The notes beneath the pieces are model-generated. The model did not search any database. It worked only from the letters and a program-made list of their open reading frames with translations, and was not told the origin of the DNA. From the NCBI RefSeq assembly GCF_018977255.1, contig NW_024704743.1, positions 26,846,001 through 26,910,000 of the forward strand: a DNA stretch of 64,000 bases, given 5' to 3'. Position numbers and translations under genes: made by a program. This document shows positions 48,100 to 61,343 of this stretch, one piece after another (the first letter of the stretch is position 1; every line of letters begins with the position of its first letter). This stretch comes from Callorhinchus milii. Lineage: Eukaryota.

Positions 48100-48530
48100 T
48101 ATCCATTTTACATTGGACCTTTTACTTCAGGAAGATGTCTCAAAGAGCTTCACGCAGCTGACTGGGAGCAAGAGCTTAAAGAGAACTTGAAGGGTAGGTG
48201 GTGGGGGTGGGGTGGCAGAAAGTGTGGTCAAAAATGAAGGTGTTGAACGCATGTAGGGGGGACATAGAGGGACCCAAGTTTGGAGTTCCAGCGAGCAGTG
48301 GAAGAAAAGCAGAGAAAGCATGCGAAACAGACAATGCTTGCTTCTGCAGAGGAAGCAGATGACACAATAAGGTCACAGGAGGTTGCAGAGGTACAGTTGA
48401 GAGAGGCCATGGAGGGATTTGAAAGTGAGGACAAGGATCTTTAATTTGATCTGCTAGAGGATAGAGAACCAGCGGAGCTCAACAAGGACAGGGCTGATGG
48501 GAGCTGTAGGACAGGAAGCAGCATAGCTGT
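48100..48530 (-). mobile_element. L2 3' fragment, diverged
   Basis: Reverse complement 'aaattaaagatccttgtcctcactttcaaatccctccatggcct..ctggaactcc'. Confidence 0.7.
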
Positions 48531-49469
48531 GAGGCAATGACTTACTCCAGCTCCTTGGAGAGGAAGGGCAAGTGAAACATCATGGAGGGTTTTTCAAGGA
48601 GAAAGGTAATGCTTTCTAGAAGAATCTGAAGATTAGTAAGGAACTGACAGAGCGGAGGAAACATCTGGAGATATATACTTATATTTGCCATTTATGTAAT
48701 GCACAATTTCAAAGCATTACACATACTGTGTTGTATATAATGTATATTTATAGAAAACAGATTTTTTTAAGTGCATATCAATAATGAATATTTATCTTAT
48801 AAAAAGCTACAGCCTCCTGTATACAGTATGTTCCTGCTCTATGGAAACATGGTAGAGTTTATCTCATCTTATTATTCTGTAAATTTGTAGATCATTGGAA
48901 ATATGTGTTTGGTAGCAGACTTGATGCTGTGTGTTATGTCAATTTCCTGAAGCATAGTGGCAGAGGCATGAATTATACATAAGTGCCTGAAATGTGCCAA
49001 GCAGAGGGAGAAAAAAAATTAGCTTAATGTTTCACATATCAACAGCAGCCTGCATGAAAATGCATGTAAAGATCACTGAACCATGAATAGCACAATATGC
49101 CATTTCATCAAACAGACATGCCACCTAATAATGGCCAGAATTTTCTACAGAAATAGAGATAGTGCAGAATCTAGAGCTAGCTCCGTATGAAAAGATAATC
49201 ACCTTTACCCCCCAGAATCAGTCAACAGTGGATAATAAATGGAAAGTACTTGGTCACAGAGCTAAGCTTTGACTCTGCTCCAATAGTTGTAAGTGCATGA
49301 AGCTAAAAGTTAGCCCCTGAACTTTTGAGTACGTCTGATACTGAATTGCCAAGGACAGAATAAAAAGCTATACTGAACTCTTCATCTTGGTGAGTTTTGC
49401 TTTGAGTACCACCAGCTCTCAACTATTTGCCAGATGCTCTAGCCTAAGGATAATAGAGGGCAAACTGGT

Positions 49470-49850
49470 GGAGCGCTTAACAGTGGCAGATCCTGATGCC
49501 GAGCCGGGGGAGGGGAAAGTAACTGTAGGCATTAGGCACGGTCGAAGAGGAAAGCACGTCAAAGGCATTGAAGGAGAGAGCACCGCAGCTTCGGGTTGTA
49601 GTGGCTGAAAGCATGGCCACCAATGGTGGCGCAGAGGGTCCTGTGGACAAGGAAGAGGGCGGAGCCAGTCGAGCAGAGACAGCTTGTAGTAGTGCAGGAA
49701 GAGAGCAGGTGGGAGATATAGGGGCGTGAAGGGACTTAAATACAAGAGTGAGGATCTTGACATCAATCCGCTATGTGACAGGGAGTGAATGGAGTTTGAC
49801 AAGGACTGGGGTAATGGAGATACGGAGTTTAGTGCAGGTGAGAATTTGAG
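49470..49850 (-). mobile_element. L2 3' fragment, diverged
   Basis: Reverse complement 'ggattgatgtcaagatcctcactcttg..caccattggtggccatgctttcagcc..ctgttaagcgctc'. Confidence 0.75.
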
Positions 49851-50254
49851 TTTTTAATTAGTTGCATTTTGTGAATAGTGGAATAGGGGAGACTGGCGAG
49901 AAACGAGTTTGAGTAGTTGAGGCGGGAGGTGACAAAAGCGTGGACTTGGAATGGGCAGTACCACTGTTAATGTGGAGGAAAATGCCATAACGTTTGTGGT
50001 GGTGCGAAGAACATCTGCACAAGTCGAGAAATCTGCCCAATGTTTGACGCTGTGGTTTGTTGCCTGTCTATTTGGCTCAATTGGCAGCACTGTCATCTCT
50101 GCGACAAAAGGGTGTAGGTTAAGCAAGCTGACTGTAACCAAATACTCCTATGCAATACTAGGGGGCACTACATTGTGGGATGTGCTATCCTTTCACTTGG
50201 AGGTGATATTAAAACAATTATCTATGTGGCTGTTCAAAGAGGATAGATATCATA

Positions 50255-50580
50255 ATAATAATAATAATAATCCTTGCATTTGATATAGCGCTTTTCACGT
50301 CGGGAGGACGTCCCAAAGCGCTTCACAGAACACACTGTAAAGTGAATTGACTGTATATTTGTGGGCGAACGCGGCAGCCAATTGCGCACAGCAATGTCCC
50401 ACAAACAGTCGTGGATTGAAAATGACCAATTTATTATTGTTTTTGGTTTTGGAGGGATTATTATTAGGCTCTGTGTGGAGTAAGGAAACTTGCCCAAGGT
50501 TTCGCCCTCTGCCTGGGATTGAACTCAGGTCTCTCACTTGCAAAGCGAGTGCTCTAACCACTGAGCTACAGGACTCCACG
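50255..50580 (-). mobile_element. Young Deu SINE (short form) with 6-bp TSD ATCATA, inserted in an older SINE (~50080-50615)
   Basis: ATCATA at 50249-50254 and 50581-50586; the host SINE resumes after the insertion. Confidence 0.93.
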
Positions 50581-52377
50581 ATCATATGACATTACTTGAG
50601 AAAAGAAGCAAGTTTCAATCATCCAACAAAAGATAAGTATTCACTTCTTAGCAGGCTTGTGTGAAAATTGACTTAATAGTCACTACACTGTACATTAAAG
50701 CCTGTGAAGTGAGATATTTTGACATTAGTGCTGTATCAAACGCTAGTGTTATTATGAAATAGGCATAACAAACTGGTAATATTACTGGATCAACAACGAA
50801 TTCCAAGTATCCATGTTGCTGTTGTGATCTAAATCCTCCAGAGTAATCCACCAGGGTACAATCTAAACGATGATTGGCCTATACTCATAATAATAAGTTG
50901 CCATCTAATTTTTGCAAACTCGAAATTTGGTAAGTAGAAAGCGTTACCTTTAAGAACTCTATCTGCCAGGAATAAAAACATCTATCAACACTATGGGCCC
51001 TGTACCTGTCAGAAATATAAAAATGAAAACTACTCACTGACTCAGGGTGACGAAAAGGGAAATGACCCAGAACTAAGGCAATAAGATGTCGTTGTAGCAA
51101 ATATCAGTCCCTAATGATCAGGCCGAAGCTATGCAGCTATAGGTTAAAATGTGAGTGGCAGCTACAATGTCTCATATAGTGGAAAACGGTAGTCTATCCA
51201 AGACTCTGGAGTGTGAATTTAAATTCAAGCACTGAAGGGCAGGTAGGGTGACAGTAAAAACACTGTAATAGGGTTCCACAGCATCACAGTCTAGCTCTTC
51301 TGGGGCACAACATGACTCTTGTTTCATTTCCACTCTAGGAAGAAAGTCTTGCTATGGTTCAGTAAACCAAGCAAATCAATAAACACAGAATCAGGTTAGC
51401 AGTTAGCACAGTATGCAGCATGCCATAATGGATTCACCCTTGCCCAAACATATAGCAAAGCTTGTTTCTTTAACTGGCTCCGCTCTGCATGCAGCTGAGC
51501 CAGGCATGAATCAAATAAAATCAACAAAAACACAGCAACATATGCTGGAAACCTGCTTGTTAAAGAGTTACACATCATTACTCCTCCACCCCCACCACTG
51601 TAACATCAGATGTGCCTTTAATTTACTTATTGCAGCAAACAAAAGAGAATGTTAATTAAACTTTCATCCCAACGTTATATAAATGCAATATGTCGTTGTT
51701 TTCAAGCAAAATCCACAAAATCCTTCCCTTCCCTCATAACAGAGAGTTCGGCACATCGAGTCATTTCCTGTAACTCATTAGTAGCTTCTCAGTCACATTG
51801 CAGACTGAAGAATTTGTCCTTCCTCTATGTATCCTGCTTCATACAACGGCTTGGATATATAGAGCAAAATAACCGGGTAGAAATTCCGTACAATTCCCCA
51901 ACATCAAAATAATTCAAAAGTAATGGAATGTGAGGGAACAGTAAAGTGTCAGCCTGGGGTATGAGTTTCAATGTTGGGATTAGACTCATAATCTTCTGAC
52001 TCAGAGGCAAGCGCACTACAAGATGAGCAAGGCAGGCATCTAAACTTCTAGTGACTGTTGTGTGGGGCAATTTGCCTGGTCCTTCAGCTCTGGAGTGGTG
52101 GGGAAACCTGTCATCATCACTTGGCAGGTTGATGGGAGTAGGAGGTGTTTGACATATTTATCGGGAGCCATGAGAAACTCCACTCAACTTTTGGCCACTG
52201 AAATCACTCTAATGACCAATGGAGAGCTTGGTACGGTCTTTACTTGAACAGTGTATTGGTGTAATGTCATCAGTAGATTTACCAAAAATCTCTGTGCTGC
52301 CAGGCTGGTGGATAGCCTTTTCTCCATGAGGTGAATCATGGGCCCTGCTAGGAAGATAGTGGAGTGTCTGATGCAGG

Positions 52378-52694
52378 AATAATAATAATAATCCTTGCAT
52401 TTACTAGAGGGCTTTTCATGTCTTCTAGACATCTCAAAGCGCTTCACAGAATATGCTGTAAAGTGAATTGACCGTATATTTGTGGGTGAAACGGGGCAGC
52501 CAATTGCGCATAGCAGCTTCCCACAAGCAGTCATGGATTGAAAATGACCAATTTATTATTGTTTTATTTTAGAGGGATTATTATTAAGTGTGTGGAGTAA
52601 GGAAACTTGCCCAAGGTTTTGCCCTGCCTGGAATTGAATCCAGGTGTCTGGCTTGCAAGGCAAGTGCTCTAACCACTGAGCTACAGGACTCCAC
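52378..52694 (-). mobile_element. Deu SINE (short form)
   Basis: Full head-core-tail match to the 3163 family. Confidence 0.9.
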
Positions 52695-54214
52695 AGTGGG
52701 AATGATTAGTAATGGGACAATATCAGTCAGACAACACGTTCACAATGCCTATGCATGCGTTTTGTGTCTATTGGTAGATCAACTATTATTACCTGCATCA
52801 GGCTGAGACATGTCCATCTCTTTTGCTACAAATTAATTTTTCTCCTCTTCATTGAAGATGGGAACAACTATTTTCTCAGCCTGGGTTAGCAGCCTTTTCT
52901 CAATGGGGCCATGACCAGTCAAACTTCTCTTGTAAGACACATTGTCACTTACTCTCCTCAGAAAGAAAAGATAAGGTAGAGTGAAAGTAAAGTGCAGTTA
53001 TCTGAGGGGCACAGGTATAGTAGATTTGTTTAGCTGCCCCGAGAGTGCATTATGTTGATACTGGGTACTGAACATGGGAAAGTGTTCCATTTCCAGCAGT
53101 AAGTGTGTTTATCTTGATAAGCACAAGATTCACAAAAAATAACAAGTTCCAGTAGTGGTATTATGAGGCTTATATGTCCACTGCAGGCTAATATTATTTG
53201 GCAAGATTAGATATAAGTTTCCTTCACACCGAAGCAGGCAGATGTAGTTCCAATGTATCAATCCCACAGATCAGATAACAAAGAACTCAAACATGAAATG
53301 AAGGTCAAGACTATGGCAACCGATACCAATAACTAGAAGATAACATGATTCGTGTTGTGTACTAGGTTGGAAAATGGGAGAATATTTTCTTGGCTGCTGG
53401 CCAAGTCGTTTTCTGAGCTGCATCATTTCACAGATGTGAGACACTACATTTTTTATCCATCATCTTTGCACTGCAATCTGCACTGCATTAGAGGATCATT
53501 ATATATGGGAGAATGTAAGGCAGCATTTAACAAGAAAAAATATTGAAGCCCTCTGATTCCCCAGACCATAAATAATCGTACGCTGTCATTGGCCATAGCT
53601 CCTGGGAGACAGGTCATCATAGACACTTCCTAACCCCAAAACGTAATTAAGCTAAAACTGTATTATTCTTCCATTCCTATATTTTTGCATTTAAATCCTG
53701 GGCTTGCTTCCCCACACAAGCAATCTACTTACTCATCCTCTTCCCCCACTCTCAGTCCAGCCTCGGTAGCACAGAATTTATTGCTAACTCTGGAGAGTTT
53801 GTCCTATCCTTATATGTTCAATTAGTGTTCCCAGATACCTATTCAATTCTATAAATGAGTCAATAGACACAACAGTAATTGCTTTTGTTGGTGGTCTGTT
53901 CCACATACCCATTGCTGCGTGGGTGAGATGGGCACATTCTTTTGATATTCGGTATATAATGCAGTTGGAACCAAGAATATTGTTTAAAAAATAACCTTTG
54001 TAACTGAATTCCTTCTGCATTTTAAAGATAAAGTGGCCGTTGCCACTTCTAATATTAATGACCTGCTCAATGATCTATTCAAAAGTGTCACAATTTTCAT
54101 CCCATCATTTGGTCAGATTTGAAGAAAGTTTTTGATAACATTGCACAGAAATGACTTTTAATCAAAGCAAACGCCACAGAAATCCAAGGTAGAACTATTG
54201 ATTGATTTAATACA

Positions 54215-54670
54215 TCTCACCAGTTCTGGCCAGGCCCCACTGACTCCTGATCACCGAATGAATTGACTTCAAGATTCTCACACTTGTATGAAGATCTCTT
54301 CACTCTCTGGCACCTCCCTACTTCTCTGACCTCCTCACTCCCCAATCTATCACCTGGCACCTCCACTCGACTGACACTAGCCTCCTGCTTGTCCCTCCAC
54401 CCCACCATCAGAGGTCACGCTTTCAGCTACTGAGCCCCGAAACTCCGGATCACTCTCCCTCAATCCCTCCACCTTGCCCACTCTCTTCCCTTTTTCAAGT
54501 CTTGTCTGAAAACCTTTCCTCTTCGACCATGCTTAAGGCTGCCTCTACCCCACCCCTGACCCACCCCCAGCTCGGAGTCAGGCTCCACTACTGTTAAGCG
54601 TTCTGCGATGCTACCTGCCATGGAGGGTGCTATATAAGTGCAAGTTGTATATAAGTGCAAATTGTTGTTA
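54215..54670 (+). mobile_element. L2 3' fragment
   Basis: 'aattgacttcaagattctcacacttg..ttcaagtcttgtctgaaaacc..ggagggtgctatataagtgcaagttg'. Confidence 0.75.
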
Positions 54671-54679
54671 ATGATAACT

Positions 54680-54840
54680 TTCAAAGAAGAACTGGATATA
54701 TAAGTCAAAAGGAAACATCTGTAAGGTTATGGGGAAAGAGCAAGGGAGTGGGATTGATTGGGCAGCTCTTTCAAAGAACTGGCACAGGCACAATGGGCCA
54801 AATGGCCTCATTCTGTGCTGTAAGATTCTATGATTTTATG
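54680..54840 (+). mobile_element. CR1 3' end fragment
   Basis: 'ggttatggggaaagagcaagg..ggcacaggcacaatgggccaaatggcctc..ttctatgattttatg'. Confidence 0.85.
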
Positions 54841-55300
54841 TTCAGAAACCAGTTAAAAATAAGAAACAAAGTACTCATGAGAGGAGCCTGGAGAAAGAGT
54901 TGCAGTGCCCAGACTATCATTCAACATCCTTGTTTGTTCATGATAAAAGGTGTGGCCAGAAAAGACCATCTTGATCAGTTAGCCGAAAATTCAGATTAGG
55001 AATAGAGGACAATTGCACTTGTTTAGCACCTTTTACATTGGGAGGATACAATTTCAGAATAAAGTTCTGATGAGAGGACTTGTACCAAGTGTCTTTAGTC
55101 TAAACATGGATTGTAATGGCTAAATACATTAATAGCTGAAATTAAAGAATGTTGCACTTACAGGAACATGTTCCCCATCCTCCTGCTGTGCAAGCCACCG
55201 TGATAGTTCCTTTTACAGTAGCATGTTTGCACCAACACATACCAGCTATTATTCAGCATTAATACAGTCAACTTCATATTAGCCTGTAAAACCATTTCGC

Positions 55301-55453
55301 CTTAACATTTAAGATCAGGTAGAATTATGGAAAATTCTAAAATTCTGTCTTAATTTGGAAGCTGGTTTTCTGCAGTTCTAGAAAATAATTGGCTTTCAAG
55401 TTAAAATTAAATTTAAGAATTGTTATTGTGTCTGCATGATCTTAATTGTTAAG
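55301..55453 (+). mobile_element. Best-preserved copy of unnamed MITE-like repeat, 23-bp TIRs (20/23)
   Basis: CTTAACATTTAAGATCAGGTAGA (55301-55323) vs TCTGCATGATCTTAATTGTTAAG (55431-55453). Confidence 0.7.
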
Positions 55454-55779
55454 ACTTGCAGGTTCTGCAGGTTAAAACAAGATGGAATTCTAGGCATCTT
55501 GTTTCTAGCCTACATTTCTGACCTAGTTATCAAAACAATCCTTAAACCAGTCCAAGATACTAAAGACACAATGGGGAAGCAGTAAAAATTTGGATCTTCA
55601 GGAAAATATTTGCAGCTGGATTTAGATTGGTTCTGTAATTGGAAAAGCAAATCATAAATGAAACGTAATATTGTTGAACGTATATTACTATACATGGATA
55701 AGAAGTTATGAGACATAAGCTTATATTAAATGCCATTAAATTTGAGCTGAGATATTTAGAAAGAGAACAGGGAGCAGGT

Positions 55780-56350
55780 GTTGACATATCATTTGCAATG
55801 TTCAGAAAATGATGAAGCAATTAAAAAAGCTAGTAAAGTGCTAGGTTATGGAACTAGAAGACTAGAAGTTAGAAGTTATGATTCGTCTATTCAATACAAT
55901 TTATTGGTTACCATCCAGAGAAAGCTCAAATCGGAAGTGAATGCAACCAACCAGGATATAGGCTAATCAGAAAAATCAAAGTGGTGAAGAACAGTGGAGG
56001 GTAGATGTATGTAAGGGACATCTAGTAGGTTAAAGCAGTTGACCTAGAATTGCAGGATCATCAATCATGGTATGAAGTTTTCTGGTTAGATGTGCTCAGT
56101 GGGAAAAGGACCAGACTAACATTTGGATTTGCTGCAGACCACCAAGCCAATGTTCAGAGAATGACTTGTCACATTTCAGTAATATTAGGGGTTTACGTAA
56201 GAAAAATAAGGTATTAGTGACGGGGAACTTCATCCAGCCCAACATAAACGAGAAATGTCCAAGTGTGAAAGATTGAGCTTTTGCACAACCATTTTCTGTC
56301 TCAGTGTCAAGGTGCCCACAAGGGACAGTTCCCTTCTTGACTTAGTAGTA
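55780..56350 (+). mobile_element. Highly degenerate CR1 fragments, including endonuclease region
   Basis: 'gtgacggggaacttcatccagcccaacataaac' (GDFNxPxIN-like), 'tgctgcagaccacca' (YRPP-like), 'cttcttgacttagta' (LLDLV). Confidence 0.55.
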
Positions 56351-56959
56351 GTCACTGAACAAGACACAATTCAGAGAATAGAAACCCATCAACACGCTTA
56401 AGAGTATCCAAACATGACTGATAATTTCGCATATGTATGCCACCCACACAAAATGTATGCCATTTATACAATTTCCCCACGTGAAAGGCCGACACCAAAT
56501 GCACAGATAATTATTATTAATGATGTAGTATGGCATTGACAGCAACGGACTTGATGTACCTGTTCCCAAAATTTCTGGCTAGTCGGCAGGACTGGGAGCA
56601 GGATTCTTACTACTTGCCTCTTGTTAACCCTGCAAGCCAAAAGCCTTTTGGGTAGGTCCAAGCTAGAGATGCAATGGAATATTTGCCCAGCAGTGTTTTG
56701 AATGGCATTCTCTATGTTTAGCTGATTAAACATTACTAGTATCCAAACATACATTTTGGGGACTCCAAGCTTTGGCTCTTGCAAACCCGTGCCTACTATA
56801 TTCTGTAATTAGGTTAGCATGGTTCCTAATGTTTAGATAAACATCGCTCCAGGGAGAAAGTGCAAATTCCATTCCAGACTGTCTGGAAATTTCCATGTAT
56901 AGATGCATGGAACTCTGTTTGGATACATGGGAACAACTGGTTGTGCACAACAGTATCCT

Positions 56960-57186
56960 ACAAACAATTGTGACTGACCAAATTATTTATTTATTGATTG
57001 ATTGAATTATTACCCCCAGGAAAAGCAATCTGCCAATCAACTGACAACCGAGTCCCTATTTGTTGCTAAGTAAACTGAGACCTGTGGAGTAAGGAAACTC
57101 GCCCAATGTTTCGCCCTGCTGGGAGACAAACTAAGGTCCTCTTGCTTGTGAGCCAAGTGCTCTAACCACTAAGCTACAGGACTCCA
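56960..57186 (-). mobile_element. Deu SINE long form, 3' part degenerate
   Basis: Head 'tggagtcctgtagcttagtggttagagcac', extra segment 'gtttacttagcaacaaatagggac'. Confidence 0.8.
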
Positions 57187-57303
57187 TAATAATAATAATA
57201 TAGCTAAATATGTTCACTGGACAATTAGTAAATAGTTTGATATTAATGTAAAGACCAACTGGTATGAACGTCAACCAGCAAAAGTGACAGTGAAAAACAT
57301 CAC
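57187..57303 (+). mobile_element. R4/Dong-clade non-LTR retrotransposon, 5' piece of a truncated copy
   Basis: After (TAA)4, translates IAKYVHWTISK*FDINVKTNWYERQPAKVTVKNIT, matching the R4 pre-endonuclease pattern (VAKxIHW..WYxHxPxxVxE). Confidence 0.8.
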
Positions 57304-57630
57304 GTAAGAAATGCTAGACGAAAAAGTCAAGGTTCATCTAGTTCACCTTCCATTTTCCTGGCACTCGCATGCACATATTTCCCAAACTACATATATACCA
57401 CATCACATAATGTTATTTCCTAAAAGAAAACTATCTAATCTGTTTTGAAAGAACCAACACTTCCTGCTTCAACTGTCTATCCCTAGGGAGCCTGTTCCAC
57501 AGGTTCACTATTCGCTCACTCAAATAGTGTTTGTGCAGATTTATTCTGAATTTACCCCCCTTCAATCACAGGCCATGTCCTCTGGCTTTACTATTCTGGA
57601 TAAGTTGAAACAGCATCTCATGATATACAT

Positions 57631-57840
57631 ACAGACGTCGCTGGGAAAACTCAGCAGGTCAAGCAGCATCTAAGGAGAAAGGAAAGAGTCAACGTTTTGG
57701 GTCCACGACCCTTTGTCAGAACTAGAGCATGTTGGGAGGAGAGGCTTTTAAGGGATAACAGAAAGGGGAGAGGCAGGGCAAGGAAGACAAAGGAGAAAAT
57801 GGGGTAGAGGTCAGGGGAGTGACATCGAAGAGAAGAACTG
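57631..57840 (-). mobile_element. Penelope-like element terminal fragment with degenerate minimal hammerhead, inserted in the CR1
   Basis: Minus strand 'gttctgacaaagggtcgtggacccaaaacgttgactc..agatgctgcttgacctgctgagttttcccagc'; 13-bp TSD-like tcatgatatacat (57618-57630) / tcatggtatatat (57841-57853). Confidence 0.72.
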
Positions 57841-60400
57841 TCATGGTATATATTGACTTGCCACTTTAGAAGCTTAGATAGCAATCATGTTGCTTCTCAA
57901 TCTTTTCTTTTTCTAGCGAGAACATCCCAATTTACTTAGTCGCTCCTCATAGTCGTCCTTCCATTCCCTCAATCATTTGGTTGTCCTCCTCTGTATCTTC
58001 TGAATTTCTCCAATACCCTTTTTGTACTGCAATGATCATAACTGTACACAGTACTCTAAGTATTGTCTCACCAATGATTTATACAGCAGCAAGATCACCC
58101 CACTATTTCAGCTTACTATTGATCTTTTGATACATCCCAACATCTGGTTTGCTCTATTCACTGCCATAGAGCATTGTTGGGAGAGCTTCAATTTATTGTC
58201 AATCAGGACCCCCAGGTCCTTTTCAATTCCATACATATTATTTTCCTTCCATTCAAATACTAGTTCCTTCCAAGATTTTTTGTCATGTGAAGTACTTTAC
58301 ATTTCTCCACATTGAATTTCATCTGCCACCAATCTGCTCAATTCCCAAGTATGTTCAATTCCTCCTGTAACCTACCTTGTTCAGCTTCCCAATCTACCAT
58401 CTTCATTAACTTGTTGTCATCTGCAAATTTAGCCACTGTGTTTGCGACTCCTTCCAGATTATTTATAAAAATATTAAACGAAAGAGGACCCAAAACAGAC
58501 CCTTGTGGAACTCCACTAGTAACATTTTCACAATCTGATGACATTCCCTACATCACCACCCTCTGGGCTCTTCCGGTCAACCAATTGGATAACCATTGCA
58601 ATATACCTCCACTGATTCCTGCTTTCTTTACTTTCAGTACCAGCCTCTCAATAGAAAGTGTATTAAAGAACTTACTAAAATCCAGATGTACAACATCCAC
58701 TTCCTTACTCTTATCAAGCTTCCTTGTCACACCATCAAAGAAAAAAAAACAGTAAATTAGATTAGCAAGACCTTCCATTCATGAACCCATTTGCTATCAT
58801 TTATGATTTCATTTCTGTCCAGATGCTCCATGATTTTATCTTTAATAAGTGTCTCCATAATTTTACCCACAGTGGACGTCAAGCTTACTAGTCTAGTTTC
58901 CTGGGTCACTTTTGTCACCTTTCTTAAAAATAGGAGTATCATCTGCCTTTCTGCAGTCCCCCGGTACCTCTCCAGTATTCAGTGATTTTTGAAAGATTTG
59001 TGCCAGCATTTCTGTGACTTCCTCCGTTAATTTCTTTAAAGGATCCTTGGATGCAATTTAGCAAGCCCCTGAGATTTATTTATCTTAAGATTACACAGCT
59101 GTTTGGCAACGATGCTGGTAGTGATATGAATAGTGTCGCAACTTTTCTCTGCAACATCCTTGAGTTCTCTTTCCAGATCAGATAGGTAATCCATCTCCTC
59201 CTTGGTAACGACTGATACAAAAAACTTATTTAGCACTATTGCAGCCTGTGTAGCATTATTTGTTATGTTGTCTCCCGAACCCACTTTCAGTGGCCCTATT
59301 CCATTGCTTGTTTTTCTTCTACTCTTAATGCAACTGAAAAACTTTGTTATTATCCTTCACATTTCTTGCCATATTCAATTCAAAGCTTTTGTTCGCCATT
59401 CTGATACCTTTCTTGCAGTCCTGGCCTTCTGGTATTGAGTCCGAATTATTTCCATGCCATTTTCCTTCATGATCTTAAATGCTTTTTTTTCCTCTTTACG
59501 ATTTGCTTTACAGCCCCATCCAGCCAGACAGGATTACCTTTAAGCTTGTTACCTTTGCTTGGCATGGGTACACCTTGTTCATAATTGACTTCATAATCAC
59601 CTCCTTGAAGGAACCCCCATAGGTCTTTCACTCCCACTGCCATATTTAAGCCTGCCAGGCCCACTCCGACTAGACTTCTCAAGATCACCAAGTCAGTCCT
59701 GTTGAAATTTGGCAGTTGTGTTTGGGTGTTTATAACCTCACCAGCCAAACTGAGTCTTCCTTTAACTCAAGAAACACCTTCCATATCTTACCAGTAGACA
59801 CTTTATTATCCCAATCAATTTCAGGTAAGTTAAAATCTCGACCAATATGGTTGTTCCCTTACTAGTGGCCTTCCTTATCTCATCCCACATTTCCAGATTG
59901 AGGCTTTCATTCTGGCTTGGGAAGCTATAGCAAACCCCCAGTAATAGCTTACATCTGCTACCATGTTTTAATTCTACCTAAAGTGATTCTGTGTCTGCCC
60001 ATTCCTTTTTTATGTCATCTCTCACTTGTGTCTCAATAATGGAGCTTATATATAGTGCCACACCACCTCCTCCTCTCCCGATATGGTCCCATTAAACAGT
60101 TTATAATCTTCCAGATGCATATCCCATTGATTGGATTTATTCCAACATGTCTCTATTATGCTAATGATGTCCAATCTATCAACTCCTACAAGACCTTTCT
60201 GATCACACATCTTGTTTGTCAGACTTTTTGCATTAATGCAAGTACAGCTCCATTGTTTTTTGCCTTTCCTATTTACTTTATAAGCATTTTTATTTCTTTT
60301 TCACCAACCTTTGGCGTTAGACCCATTACATTGGCACACCTTAAGGTTTTCTCTAATTGATTCAGGTGTTCTTTTATACCTACCACAACCACTCCTGTTT

Positions 60401-61343
60401 CTAGTTTAAACACTCCCTAACTAAACTTTCTATCCTGCCCACCAACACTTCCACTCTCCTTTTGTTTAGGTGGAGCCTATCGGTCTGTATAAAAGTCCCT
60501 TATTTCAAAAGGTGGCCCATTGTTTGAGGAAACGAAAGCCAAACGTCCTATACCAATGTCTTATCCATGCATTGGCCTGCCTAATTACCCTCTGTCTTTC
60601 CTCACTAGCACGTGGTACAGGTAGTATTTTGGAAAACACTACACTTAAAGTGCTTCCCTTTAGCTTCCTTCCTAATGCAGTAACTTTTATCATGGAGGAC
60701 CTCTAGTCTACTTCCATCTATGTTATTTCTTCCCACATGAACAACTACAATTGGTTCCTCGCCTGCTCCCTGTAGTATTTGGTCAACCCAGGGCATCAGA
60801 TCCTTAACCCGTGAATCCAGTAAATAACTTACCAATCTATTTTCTGCTTCTGGTTTGCACAGAATGTGATCTGTGAACCAAATAGTCGAATATCACAACT
60901 TGCCTGCTACTTTTTCTCTTCTTCCCTCCTTCCCTGTCAGGCTGCTGGATTGCCTCGGTGCACAGCACTTCCTTGCTTATCTCAGCTATCACTTGGGTTT
61001 CCATATCATCTCTCCAGAGGAGAGAAATTGTTGGAGAGCACTAGGAATGTCAACTCCTGCTCCATTAACCAACCACGACTTTTCCGAACAGAGACCCAAT
61101 CTCCTCCTCTAGGTACTAGGGACTCCTCTCCTACTGTGCCCCCTAACAAGGTCTCTTCTAATACTTCATTTATAAACACTTCTAACTCCCTAATCCTTTG
61201 GTGCATTGCCAGTCACTCATTAAGGCTGACCACTTCAGCCTTGGGTGAATCTACCCACTTGCAATTAAGACAGATAATTCCATTCAAATCCTGGGCCTGG
61301 AAGGCAAACATCTCGCAACTTCTACAACGCATATAGCATCCAT
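60401..61343 (-). pseudogene. CR1 ORF1 (CxxC-CxxC zinc finger/coiled coil + SGNH esterase-like domain), frameshifted
   Basis: CRSCEMFAF..IICLNCK; PIVVVHVGRNN; VVFSKILPVPRAS..NAWIRHW..GFRFL; ends TTAAACTAG. Confidence 0.85.

Noticed and set aside
50948-51005. Minus-strand mini-exon (good acceptor, GTAACG donor; YRAHSVDRCFYSWQIEFLK)
   Set aside because: No recognisable protein similarity and no partner exons; such signals arise by chance in AT-rich DNA
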